NCBI GenBank assembly: GCA_016202335.1
Contig: JACQOX010000184.1
Coordinates: 1-32,639 of the forward strand
Direction: 5' to 3'
Length of the DNA stretch: 32,639 nucleotides
From: Deltaproteobacteria bacterium
Lineage (GTDB): Bacteria > UBA10199 > 2-02-FULL-44-16
Shown here: positions 18,648 to 27,824 of the stretch, in pieces
How the letters are laid out: the number at the start of each line of letters is the position of its first letter
Position numbering within the stretch: position 1 is the first letter of the stretch
Program-made: the position numbers and the translations under genes
Notes under the pieces: model-generated
Seen by the model: only the letters and a program-made list of their open reading frames with translations
Told to the model about the DNA's origin: nothing
Databases searched by the model: none

Positions 18648-20003
18648 ATGATTTCCAATGTCGACACCATCTGCGCGATCGCCACGCCGCCGGGACACGG
18701 AGGCCTTGGTGTTGTGCGCATCAGCGGTCCGCAGGCCAGAGGGGTGTTGGCCAGCATCTGGAGTGGAAAAACGCCGACTTCAGCTTTCGAACCACGACGA
18801 CTGTATTTGGGAACCATGGTCGATGCTCGGGGAATCCCCATTGATCATGCTCTAGCGGTTCACATGCCCGCTCCTCAGACGTATACCGGCGATGAGGTCA
18901 TCGAGATCTCTTGTCATGGAAGTCCCGTGGTGCTCGCTGCCATCGTTGACGCCTGTATCAGCGCAGGTTCACGCCTGGCCGAACCAGGGGAATTTACGCG
19001 GCGTGCTTTTTTGAATGGCAAAATCGATCTCGCGCAGGCCGAAGCTGTGGTGGATCTTATTTCCGCGACGAGCGATACGGCTGCGCGCCAGGCCCGCGAC
19101 CAGCTGGAAGGCCGGTTGTCCGTCGAAGTGAAAATGCTTCATGATGCATTGACCAACCTGCGCGCTTTTGTCGAAGCAACCATCGATTTTCCCGAAGAAG
19201 ACATCGACATGATCGATCGTCACGGCGTGGTGCAAAAATTAACCCCTATCGAAGCGCGCATCGCGCAGTTGCTTGATACCTATACACAAGGTCGTTTGAT
19301 TCGCGACGGCGTGAAGGTGGCGATCGTCGGGCGTCCGAACGCCGGGAAATCCAGCCTGCTCAATTGTTTGGCCGGCATGGAACGCGCCATCGTCCACGCC
19401 AGCCCGGGTACCACGCGAGATGTGATCGAAGTTTCGGTGTCGCTGGGCGGCATTGTTTTTCATTTGAGCGACACTGCGGGAATTCGTGAAGCGCCAGGAG
19501 ATGTTGAGAAGATCGGCATCGAACGGAGTTATGCCGCTATGGCGTCGGCAGACGTTGTTTTGCACGTCATCGACGGCACGCTTCCGATCCACGAAGACGA
19601 TCGGAAATTGTTTTCTCACCTTTCCCCATCGCGTTACCTCGTGTGCGTGAATAAGGCTGATTTGCCGCTCCAAGTGACAGAAGGTTCTATAAAAGCCAAT
19701 TTTATTTCAGCTCACACCGGAGCTGGCCTGGAGGCGCTCACCCAGGAACTTACGGCGTTTGCCGCCACCAAATCATCCGAAGGAGCTACGGCTACGGTCA
19801 CCAACCTTCGCCATAAGGAGGCGCTGGTGGAAGCTCAGCACCAGCTTCAACACGCCAAGAAAGCCATTTTAAACCATGATTCCGCGGAATTCATCGCCCA
19901 CCACCTGCGACTTGCCCAAGAGGCCTTGGGCCGTATCATCGGTCTGGATGTCACCGAAGCCATGCTCGACCGCATCTTTTCCTTGTTCTGCATCGGCAAG
20001 TAG
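18648..20003 (+). CDS. mnmE: tRNA modification GTPase MnmE
   Basis: [43 protein letters not shown] and C-terminal FCIGK. RBS ggag before ATG 18648. Confidence 0.97.
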   Translation: MISNVDTICAIATPPGHGGLGVVRISGPQARGVLASIWSGKTPTSAFEPRRLYLGTMVDARGIPIDHALAVHMPAPQTYTGDEVIEISCHGSPVVLAAIVDACISAGSRLAEPGEFTRRAFLNGKIDLAQAEAVVDLISATSDTAARQARDQLEGRLSVEVKMLHDALTNLRAFVEATIDFPEEDIDMIDRHGVVQKLTPIEARIAQLLDTYTQGRLIRDGVKVAIVGRPNAGKSSLLNCLAGMERAIVHASPGTTRDVIEVSVSLGGIVFHLSDTAGIREAPGDVEKIGIERSYAAMASADVVLHVIDGTLPIHEDDRKLFSHLSPSRYLVCVNKADLPLQVTEGSIKANFISAHTGAGLEALTQELTAFAATKSSEGATATVTNLRHKEALVEAQHQLQHAKKAILNHDSAEFIAHHLRLAQEALGRIIGLDVTEAMLDRIFSLFCIGK

Positions 20004-20053
20004 TCACAACTCCCCTTGACAGAGACGCCCCTCTTCATCTTTATCGCTCTCTT

Positions 20054-21853
20054 ATGAAATTTGACGTCATTATCATCGGCGCCGGCCACGCCGGATGTGA
20101 AGCTGCTTTGGCAGCAGCACGGATGGGCGCGACAACGGCCGTCATTACGGGAACGTTAAGCACCATTGCCAAAATGAGTTGCAATCCCGCCATCGGCGGC
20201 CTCGCCAAAGGCCACCTGGTGCGCGAAATTGATGCCCTCGGCGGTGAGATGGGAAAGATCGCCGACGCCACGGGCATTCAATACCGCCGCCTCAACATGA
20301 GCCGTGGACCAGCTGTCCGCGGCACCCGCTGCCAATCCGATTCCGCCAAATATGCCATTGCCATGCGCTTGGTTGTAGAGCGTCAAGAAAATCTCATACT
20401 GATCGAAGGCATGGCCGAAGCACTATTATTGCACGGCAATCTCGTTGCCGGCGTTCGTCTGGCTGATGGTCGCGAGCTCTCAGCTCGGTCCGTGGTGATG
20501 ACGACCGGCACCTTCCTCAATGGCGAAATGCACTTTGGCCAAAAACGGGTGGCTGGAGGGCGGGTCCAGGATTTTGCCGCCATTGGCCTTTCTACTTCTC
20601 TGGCGCAGCTTGGATTTCGCATGGGCCGCATGAAAACCGGGACCTGCCCGCGTTTGGATGTAGCCACCATCGACTTTTCCCAGCTGGAACGGCAACCCGG
20701 AGAAACACCGCGACCGCGTTTTTCTTTTGAGGAAGTGGAAAATCACCTCCCTCAGCTCGATTGCCATCTCACCTATACTAATGATGCAACCCACCGCATC
20801 ATTCAGGACAATCTCCACCTCTCGCCCATGTATTCGGGGCAGATTAAGGGGGTAGGGCCCCGCTATTGTCCGTCGATCGAAGACAAAGTGGTTCGCTTTG
20901 CGGACAAAGACCGCCATCAGTTGTTTCTGGAACCCGAGGGTCTGGAGACCAATCGCATTTATATCAATGGGTTGTCGACGTCGCTTCCGGTCGAGGTTCA
21001 AGCTCAAATCCTGAAAACCATTCCTGGGCTAGAGCGTGCGACGATCCTGCAACCGGGCTATGCCGTAGAATACGATATGGTGGATCCCACCGAACTTTTT
21101 GCTTCGCTCGAAACAAAACGACTGCCCGGCCTCTTTTTAGCCGGCCAGATCAACGGTACATCGGGCTACGAAGAAGCTGCAGCACAGGGACTTATGGCAG
21201 GGATCAACGCCGTGCACCGCATTCGCGGGGAAGCGGCCCTCGTGCTCGGACGACATGAGGCCTACATCGGTGTGCTTATCGACGACCTCGTCACCAAAGG
21301 CACTTCTGAACCCTATCGCATGTTTACCTCGCGCGCGGAGTATCGACTGCTGCTGCGCGAAGACAATGCTGATTTGCGCCTGACGCCGACCGGTCGCAAC
21401 CTTAGACTTATCAACGACACCCGTTGGGAGAGGTTTATCGACAAGCGGGAACAGATCGCATCCCAAATGAAGGTGCTCAAAAATACGCATGTAAAGGGCG
21501 GTGGCACGCTGGCCGATCTTCTCCGCCGACCGGAAGTTGGGCTTGCCGCATTGGCATTGCACTATCCAGAGCTGAAGTTTTCCCATCTGCCTGCTGACAT
21601 CCAAGAGCAGCTTGAAATCCAACTCAAGTACGAAGGTTATTTGGCATCACAGGAAAATCATGCCCAACGCTTTCGCGAACTGGAAGGCATCCGCATTCCG
21701 ACGCCATTTTGCTATCACGGCATCCCCGGGCTTTCGACAGAAGTCGTCGAAAAGCTTTCATCCTTGTGCCCGAGCACTCTCGGTCAGGCCATGCGCATCT
21801 CAGGCATTACGCCCGCAGCCATTGCTATTTTGATGGTCACTCTAAAAAAATAA
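20054..21853 (+). CDS. mnmG: tRNA uridine 5-carboxymethylaminomethyl modification enzyme MnmG
   Basis: [43 protein letters not shown] and [12 protein letters not shown]. Confidence 0.98.
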   Translation: MKFDVIIIGAGHAGCEAALAAARMGATTAVITGTLSTIAKMSCNPAIGGLAKGHLVREIDALGGEMGKIADATGIQYRRLNMSRGPAVRGTRCQSDSAKYAIAMRLVVERQENLILIEGMAEALLLHGNLVAGVRLADGRELSARSVVMTTGTFLNGEMHFGQKRVAGGRVQDFAAIGLSTSLAQLGFRMGRMKTGTCPRLDVATIDFSQLERQPGETPRPRFSFEEVENHLPQLDCHLTYTNDATHRIIQDNLHLSPMYSGQIKGVGPRYCPSIEDKVVRFADKDRHQLFLEPEGLETNRIYINGLSTSLPVEVQAQILKTIPGLERATILQPGYAVEYDMVDPTELFASLETKRLPGLFLAGQINGTSGYEEAAAQGLMAGINAVHRIRGEAALVLGRHEAYIGVLIDDLVTKGTSEPYRMFTSRAEYRLLLREDNADLRLTPTGRNLRLINDTRWERFIDKREQIASQMKVLKNTHVKGGGTLADLLRRPEVGLAALALHYPELKFSHLPADIQEQLEIQLKYEGYLASQENHAQRFRELEGIRIPTPFCYHGIPGLSTEVVEKLSSLCPSTLGQAMRISGITPAAIAILMVTLKK

Positions 21854-21910
21854 TATAATCTCTATTTTCTTATTGCTAAGTTTTCTCTGATGTGATGAGA
21901 GAATACCTTC

Positions 21911-21988
21911 ATGGACATGGAAGATAAGACAAGTTACAGAAAACGCACATGGAACTGGTGGTCGCGCCGCCAGCAAACAACAGGATGA
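21911..21988 (+). CDS. Putative Trp-rich attenuator leader peptide (MDMEDKTSYRKRTWNWWSRRQQTTG)
   Basis: 25-aa ORF (alternative ATG at 21917) with codons TGG-AAC-TGG-TGG, ending 7 nt before a terminator hairpin. Confidence 0.65.
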   Translation: MDMEDKTSYRKRTWNWWSRRQQTTG

Positions 21989-21995
21989 AATCATT

Positions 21996-22039
21996 CACCG
22001 GGGAGGCCCAGGAACAACTGGCCTCCCCGGTGTCTTTTT
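21996..22039 (+). terminator. Intrinsic terminator / attenuator hairpin
   Basis: 13-bp stem caccggggaggcc / ggcctccccggtg followed by tcttttt. Confidence 0.85.
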
Positions 22040-22042
22040 AAG

Positions 22043-22062
22043 CCTGCCTACCGGCAGGCAGG
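22043..22062. repeat. Short palindrome CCTGCCTACCGGCAGGCAGG
   Basis: cctgcct/aggcagg stem abutting the GGAGG RBS of the 22072 ORF. Confidence 0.7.
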
Positions 22063-22071
22063 GAGGTTTTA

Positions 22072-22425
22072 ATGGCAGAAACAAACAAAATAGCGGTAAC
22101 GCACCACGTTCGTATCGACTGTTGGACCATGGGACGCGACCCAATGGTCGCTAAAATCTTGGAAAGAACGATTACTGTTGAGCTTCCAGTGATCCCAGAA
22201 AACCCCGAAGAACTGAGAAGCGTCATTGAGGCTTCAGCAAAAAGTCGGCTGGATTCGTTGGTCGCAGGTGACACTTGTTGGAGACCAAGACTTTCCAAGG
22301 TAACGCTTCTGCCAGAAGAAGAAGCTCGCGCCGAGGCATTACAGAAAGCGAAAACAACACCCTCTGCATACCAAGTATGGTTGCAGAAGTACGCACCCCA
22401 AGGATTGGCGCGCGATCGCAGGTAA
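22072..22425 (+). CDS. Hypothetical protein, paralog 1 of 3 (PENPEELR family)
   Basis: RBS ggagg; shares motifs with the next two ORFs. Confidence 0.8.
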   Translation: MAETNKIAVTHHVRIDCWTMGRDPMVAKILERTITVELPVIPENPEELRSVIEASAKSRLDSLVAGDTCWRPRLSKVTLLPEEEARAEALQKAKTTPSAYQVWLQKYAPQGLARDRR

Positions 22426-22452
22426 AAACGATTTCTCACTCAAGGAGGTTTT

Positions 22453-22821
22453 ATGTCAGACGATTCAAAAGCAGGTTTAACAGCAATTACCCGTACGGCT
22501 GTGTATGAATGCACCACACTCGGGGGTCGTGAGAAGGTAAATTACCCTGTCCCTCAACCCGTAACAGTCTATGTCAAGGCAAAACCGGAAAATCCGGAGG
22601 AATTACGAGCCCTGCTTTGGGCCGAAGCGGAAAAATTAAAACGTACTATCGGTGGGTGCTATAATTCCCGCGTAGACCAAATTCAGTTGAATTCCGAAGA
22701 AGAAGCTCTGGCAGCTACGCTTCGACCGGTCAAAAAACCGAGTAGCGGTGGTGGGGTCGCGAATGTGTTGGAAATAATTCATAAAGCCGTTCAAGACTTC
22801 CAAAAAGACAAAAAACAATAA
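22453..22821 (+). CDS. Hypothetical protein, paralog 2 of 3
   Basis: RBS aaggaggt; YEC...PENPEELR...GGC...EEEALA. Confidence 0.8.
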   Translation: MSDDSKAGLTAITRTAVYECTTLGGREKVNYPVPQPVTVYVKAKPENPEELRALLWAEAEKLKRTIGGCYNSRVDQIQLNSEEEALAATLRPVKKPSSGGGVANVLEIIHKAVQDFQKDKKQ

Positions 22822-22847
22822 GTGACGTCCGTCATATAGGAGACACC

Positions 22848-23210
22848 ATGGGGGAGCCCGGAGAACCTGGTGCTGTAAGAACGGTGCGAAAGGTTATTTT
22901 TGAATGTCCTCCAGGGGCTGGTGCCCCTGGGGGGTTAAAAGGTCCCTTTGATGTTATTGTCAATGACACTTCAAAAACCTCGGTTGAAGTGCGTGAAGGC
23001 AAGCTACTCCTTGGCCTGCCCCGCATTCCAGAAAATACCATTGAATTTCGAGAGGTTATAAGAAACCATGCCGCGCGACTGGGGCAGCTCCTTTCCGGCT
23101 GCCCACGGCCTCCGGCGGTGAAGGAAGTTATTCTCCTGGCCGCTGAAGAAGCTCGCGCCAAAACTGTCAGTCGTTGGGTTGCCGAAGTCAAACTGACTTT
23201 TCAGAAATAG
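22848..23210 (+). CDS. Hypothetical protein, paralog 3 of 3
   Basis: RBS aggag; FEC...PENTIEFR...SGC...AEEARA. Confidence 0.8.
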   Translation: MGEPGEPGAVRTVRKVIFECPPGAGAPGGLKGPFDVIVNDTSKTSVEVREGKLLLGLPRIPENTIEFREVIRNHAARLGQLLSGCPRPPAVKEVILLAAEEARAKTVSRWVAEVKLTFQK

Positions 23211-23374
23211 CTTCCCCCTTTTTCCCTTCAAAAGATTATGATTGCCTGCAAACCTGCTTTTAAGCTAGGGATCCTGCATCTCGCGTTCGAGAACAACTTT
23301 CTGCACAAGCCGATGACTGAAGATGAGCGCTCGAAGCTCGGAATGAAATTTTTCAGGAAAAATGAAAAACGCGT

Positions 23375-25972
23375 ATGGGACGTCCAGTACAAATCCGAAG
23401 CGATCCACCACTTCCCTTAGAAGTGCGTGATGCTTTGGAATTACTCATCATGACCGGAAATTTTCCGCCGCTTCTTCAATCTGGTTCCAGTACATTATCC
23501 AAATCGATTTCACCCGCTGAAGTCACCGTCGAGTTCGGCGAGTTTGATCACTTTGTTTTCAATGACCCAAAATGGCCATCGGAAACTTTTCGCCAAGCCC
23601 GCAAGGTGGCAAAACGACTACATCCCATCGACATATATTTACCACCCGAGATCACCGAACGCATCAAAGCGATCAAAAGCCAGCTTGAACGGCAGAAACT
23701 AACGAAGACAGGAACATGCGAGCGCTTCTATGAGCTGGGAATAAAACCCTATACTGACGGTGGGCTCGGTTTTTTTGATCGCTTTAGTCGACTTTTAGAT
23801 GATCGAGATGCCGTCCTCACATCCTCAGAATCCAAACGCAAGAGCATGGAGCTTACTGCAGCGGACGCCTTTGCTGGAGTCCTTGATTCCAGCAATGCTT
23901 TCGGAGGCACAAGTGAAACCGCCTATAAAATTCTTACTGCCTATCGAGCGCTTCAGGCTCCATGCGAATTAAAAATCATTCAGACACACAATCACGTTTT
24001 TGTGGAACACCAAGGGCGTGCCTTGGATCCAACCGGCATTGGTGAACTTGGATGGCGCCGTGAAATCACTCCCGCGCAACTGGCCGCCCTCTATTACGAA
24101 CGCTCTTCTGCTGCGACTCCTGACCCTGAAGTCATGGTTGAAGCTCAGTCCATTGCGTCGCACATCGATCCCAATCGCATGGGTACGGGTACTTTTATGG
24201 CCTATGCCAATTGGGTCGGTGGTCACTATGATGTTGCGGTCAGTAACACCACAAGGGCGATTCAACTTCATCCTGACAACATTGAACCAGCGCTTTTTCT
24301 TTTTCACCTCGCACGATCTTCCCCATCGCCGGAGCGACAAAGAACAGTCGCTCACAATTTCATGTCCATGCTGCCGGATCACATTGCTTCCACTGTGGTC
24401 TTGTCTGGGCTTTGCTTTGACAATGGGACCTGTGAAGAGGAGGTCGCTTGGTTGAAAAAAACTTTCCCCGATATGGGCCTTTCAGAAATGCTCAAAGCAC
24501 AAATGGCCTTTAAAGACCAATCACTGGATAGTGCTGAAATGTGGCTCGGCCTTGCGAAAACAAAGTTTCCGGCAGTAGCCATCCAGGAAATGAAAGGTAC
24601 CAATCATCCCCTTTCCATGGTCTTACAGCTAGGCGCAAAAATTTCGCTTGCGAAACAAACTTCATTTGCTCCCGCGGTAGCGGAACAAGACATCACATGG
24701 TCATTGAATATTGCTCCCTTGTTACCGGGAAGCCACGCCACCCTCGCAGAAATATATCGTCGTCAGGGCCGTTATGACTTGGCTTATCAAGAGATGAAGC
24801 GAGAGTTTGTGATTTCGACGCGTTTGGAAAATCTTTTTGCGGCCACCGGTGAATGCGCGTTACAGGCCGGCGACGTAAAATCGGCTCTTGATTTTGCCCG
24901 TCAGCACGTTGTGGAAGTTCCGGAAGAAAGTAGAGGCTACGCCCTTTTGGCAAAAATAGCCCTGACCGGCCACACCTCTGCTGCCATCGAACTAGCTCAT
25001 CAACACGCCAAGCGTGCGGTGGAACTTGCGATGAAAGAACCCTCTCCACTCCAAGCCCTTCGACTCGTTGAACTAAGCCGCATTGCCCTTCTGCTGAATA
25101 ACGGCCTCGTTCTGGCACGTGGCTACGCTGAACAGGCGCTCACAGCTGATCCTAATTCTTTTGCCGCCAAACAAAATCTCATCGAAGTTCTTTTGGCCAC
25201 GGGAACGGTCGAGGCACGCAAAGAAGCTTTGGCCAGAGCCCGCGACATGACAACGGTTTCAGAAGAACCCCAGGTGTGGTCTTTTGCAGCCACAGTCCTG
25301 GCCAGGTTGGGGTACCTGGACGATGCAGAGGCCTACTTCCGCCGAGCATTAACAACAGGATTTGTTCAACCTGAAACCTACGCAGGGCTTTTCGAAGTTC
25401 TTTTATCAAAAGATCCTGCCACCGCGCGCCAATTTTCCGAGGAAATGCGACGCCGGCACGAAAACACCCCTTGGTTCCTCGGGGTGGATGCCTATGTGGC
25501 CATGCTTCAGGGCGAGCAGGGTCGTGCTCTTGATCAGGCGGCAAAGGCGCTCAAATATAATCCTAATGACTATCATGCCCTTATCGCTTCTGGACTGGTG
25601 TACGTGCAACGAAAGACCCCCCGAGAGAGAAAAAAATCTCTTCAAGAGGCAAATAGGATTTCGGAGCATCTGAAAAAAATGTATCCCTTTGCTCCCATAA
25701 CCCATGTGCTGGAAGCTCGGGTAAACATGCGTTACGCTGCTTGGAGCGCAGCTCAACGCGCAGCCGAAGAAGCGGAACGGCTATCGCCCAACGACGACGG
25801 CAGCATCACATCCCTCAGCGTGCTTGAAACCTTGGTCGCTGTTTTAGAGGAAAGAAAGAATTTTTCTCGAATGCGTGACGTACAAACACGCATCGCCGGC
25901 AATCGCAGACGCCGCTCAGGAAATGTCCCCGGAAAACAGCACGCTGACTTTATTTCATCACCGCGCTATTGA
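23375..25972 (+). CDS. TPR-repeat protein with an N-terminal transglutaminase-like domain
   Basis: HNHVFVE...ALDPT, then many TPR-like helices (AIQLHP, LAEIYRRQGRYDLA, LGYLDDAEAYFRRAL, ALKYNPND). Start codon uncertain. Confidence 0.75.
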   Translation: MGRPVQIRSDPPLPLEVRDALELLIMTGNFPPLLQSGSSTLSKSISPAEVTVEFGEFDHFVFNDPKWPSETFRQARKVAKRLHPIDIYLPPEITERIKAIKSQLERQKLTKTGTCERFYELGIKPYTDGGLGFFDRFSRLLDDRDAVLTSSESKRKSMELTAADAFAGVLDSSNAFGGTSETAYKILTAYRALQAPCELKIIQTHNHVFVEHQGRALDPTGIGELGWRREITPAQLAALYYERSSAATPDPEVMVEAQSIASHIDPNRMGTGTFMAYANWVGGHYDVAVSNTTRAIQLHPDNIEPALFLFHLARSSPSPERQRTVAHNFMSMLPDHIASTVVLSGLCFDNGTCEEEVAWLKKTFPDMGLSEMLKAQMAFKDQSLDSAEMWLGLAKTKFPAVAIQEMKGTNHPLSMVLQLGAKISLAKQTSFAPAVAEQDITWSLNIAPLLPGSHATLAEIYRRQGRYDLAYQEMKREFVISTRLENLFAATGECALQAGDVKSALDFARQHVVEVPEESRGYALLAKIALTGHTSAAIELAHQHAKRAVELAMKEPSPLQALRLVELSRIALLLNNGLVLARGYAEQALTADPNSFAAKQNLIEVLLATGTVEARKEALARARDMTTVSEEPQVWSFAATVLARLGYLDDAEAYFRRALTTGFVQPETYAGLFEVLLSKDPATARQFSEEMRRRHENTPWFLGVDAYVAMLQGEQGRALDQAAKALKYNPNDYHALIASGLVYVQRKTPRERKKSLQEANRISEHLKKMYPFAPITHVLEARVNMRYAAWSAAQRAAEEAERLSPNDDGSITSLSVLETLVAVLEERKNFSRMRDVQTRIAGNRRRRSGNVPGKQHADFISSPRY

Positions 25973-27079
25973 AAGGTTCTTGAGGTAAGGCGTATCCCAT
26001 TCCAATGTGAGGGCTGGACGGTTCTTCGAGGCCTGTTTCTGCATCATCGACCCGACAATGAGGGGTAATGAAACCGAAGGCTCCACAAAGGCCATGGAGT
26101 GCGTGGCTTTTTTGCTGACCTTGCCCCAACTGGTGGCTTCGTCGAGCGTTGAACCGGAAAGGCCGCCCCAGTGAGGAGCGTCGGTCGTGAGCTGAAGCGC
26201 ATAGCGATGACCACCCGTGTCGAGTCCGAAAATGTACGACATGACCACGGAATCGTTGATGAAGTTTTTGGGAACGCCGCCGGCAATGTAAACCGCTGCG
26301 GTACATTTTGATTTCACGACGATTTGGGTGAGTTCGTAATTATCGCGAATGGAATCGATCGTCATGCCCGGCCGCTTTTCCTTGAGGCAGCGGTGATAAT
26401 GGTCGGTGATGCCGATGCCGATCGAGGAATCGTTGAGCGCCGGTGAAAAGATGGGGACACCTTTGCGCGCAGCCGTGGCCAGAATAGAATTTTTATCGTC
26501 CACGCTCTTGCCCAACTCGTACAGAAACTGCCGGCTGGAATAATTTCCCGGCGGAAGTTTGTCCGCAAAAGCACCGACCGAGCAGTCGAGCCGCCAGAAA
26601 CGGTCTTCGTCGACGTACGTGTCATAAATACGATCGATGTAGAGATCGCGCAGTTTCTTGTCGTCGGCTTCGGGACTTCCCACGGCGTGCTTGAAGCCCA
26701 TGGCCTGATAGAGATCTTGGTAAAGAATCGCGCCCGTTGAAACCACGGCATCGACCATGCCAAATTCAATCATATCGCGGATGACCTTGCGAAGGCCCGC
26801 AGCAATCAGCGGACCGGCGATTCCCAACAAAATCGTCGGACGCTCAGCATCGGTCAACATCTGCTCATAGACGTCAGCGCACTTGCCGATGTTTCGAGCC
26901 TGAATCGAGGCCTTGCCATAGGCCGCGACCAGATCTTCGATGGTCGCAATCTTTTCCAGGTCGATCATTTCCACCGGCTGGCCAAGGAGTTCCCGTTTTT
27001 CGGCTTTTTGCGTTTCCGTCAGCGTGGGGAATACGATTTTTGAGGGGTTTTCGAGTACAGAAAATTTCTTGTCAGTCAT
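25958..27079 (-). CDS. Deoxyhypusine synthase-like protein (probable homospermidine synthase type)
   Basis: STGAILYQD, IDRIYD, PALNDSSIG, GGVPKNF and GGLSGSTLDEATSWGK (catalytic Lys). Confidence 0.92.
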   Translation of the reverse strand: MTDKKFSVLENPSKIVFPTLTETQKAEKRELLGQPVEMIDLEKIATIEDLVAAYGKASIQARNIGKCADVYEQMLTDAERPTILLGIAGPLIAAGLRKVIRDMIEFGMVDAVVSTGAILYQDLYQAMGFKHAVGSPEADDKKLRDLYIDRIYDTYVDEDRFWRLDCSVGAFADKLPPGNYSSRQFLYELGKSVDDKNSILATAARKGVPIFSPALNDSSIGIGITDHYHRCLKEKRPGMTIDSIRDNYELTQIVVKSKCTAAVYIAGGVPKNFINDSVVMSYIFGLDTGGHRYALQLTTDAPHWGGLSGSTLDEATSWGKVSKKATHSMAFVEPSVSLPLIVGSMMQKQASKNRPALTLEWDTPYLKNLSIAR

Positions 27080-27084
27080 TTGTT

Positions 27085-27118
27085 GTCATCGCGAGCCCCG
27101 CAGGGGCGTGGCGATCTC
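27085..27118. repeat. Single REP-like unit of the GTCATTGCGAG family
   Basis: gtcatcgcgagccccgcaggggcgtggcgatctc matches gtcgttgcgagcccgaagggcgtggcaatc at 6719. Confidence 0.75.
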
Positions 27119-27340
27119 CTGGTGTTCGATTTCATTCAACTCTTGTAATATCCAATCGTAAATCTTTGCTTCCACCGAAATGGGGGATCGCCCCTGCTTA
27201 TAACGATTCCGAATCAGCTCCACCACGCGACCAAAATCACCGGCAGTCGTCTCGAGCTCGGTTTCAGAAAGCTCATTCCAGCGGCTCAAAATTTTTGGTT
27301 TGATGGCGGGCCAGTTGGCTTGTAATCGATTCGGCATCAT
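27086..27340 (-). CDS. CsbD/YjbJ-like general stress protein
   Basis: LQANW..IK.KI..RW.EL.E.EL....G....V...I..RY pattern. Confidence 0.7.
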   Translation of the reverse strand: MMPNRLQANWPAIKPKILSRWNELSETELETTAGDFGRVVELIRNRYKQGRSPISVEAKIYDWILQELNEIEHQEIATPLRGSR

Positions 27341-27401
27341 AAGCGCGGATTTCTGTAACGGCGAGCTTGCGGGTTGTCAATGAGGAAGCTAAAGAGAATC
27401 T

Positions 27402-27824
27402 ATGAAAATTCTTCTTCTTTTTGTGCTCACGCTTTTTTCCTGCACCGATGAACCCGCCCGCCGCATCACTGGCGACGCGCTCCGCGATGAACTTTTGAAT
27501 GTCCGGGAAATCAAGATCGTGAATTTCAGCATCTCCGGGCAGGCCGCATGCGAACGATGTCTGCGCGAAAACATCCCGATCACCGGCCTGCAGATTGAAG
27601 TCTATGCTTCAAACGACCCCATGACCACCTTGGCCAGCGGCATCTTCAATGGCTTGGGCCCGTTTTCCATCTCCAACATGAAGGCTGCCAAGGATGCGGA
27701 GTTGGAAATCAACGCCATGCTCTATCGCGGGTCGATCGATGCCTCTTCGGCGTGGCTGGCCAGTGCCAAGATCAAAGTTCCGGAAGATGATGGGGAGGTG
27801 GTGACGGTAGTTTTGAATTTTTAG
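27402..27824 (+). CDS. Putative lipoprotein
   Basis: MKILLLFVLTLFSC lipobox-like signal; beta-rich body with CERC. Confidence 0.75.
   Translation: MKILLLFVLTLFSCTDEPARRITGDALRDELLNVREIKIVNFSISGQAACERCLRENIPITGLQIEVYASNDPMTTLASGIFNGLGPFSISNMKAAKDAELEINAMLYRGSIDASSAWLASAKIKVPEDDGEVVTVVLNF

Noticed and set aside
23293-23315. acaacttt...gccgatg as another sigma28-like promoter
   Set aside because: The spacer is 8 nt rather than the 11 nt seen in the three good copies.
23238-23420. 60-aa ORF before the TPR gene
   Set aside because: No RBS or motif, and it overlaps the TPR ORF start.
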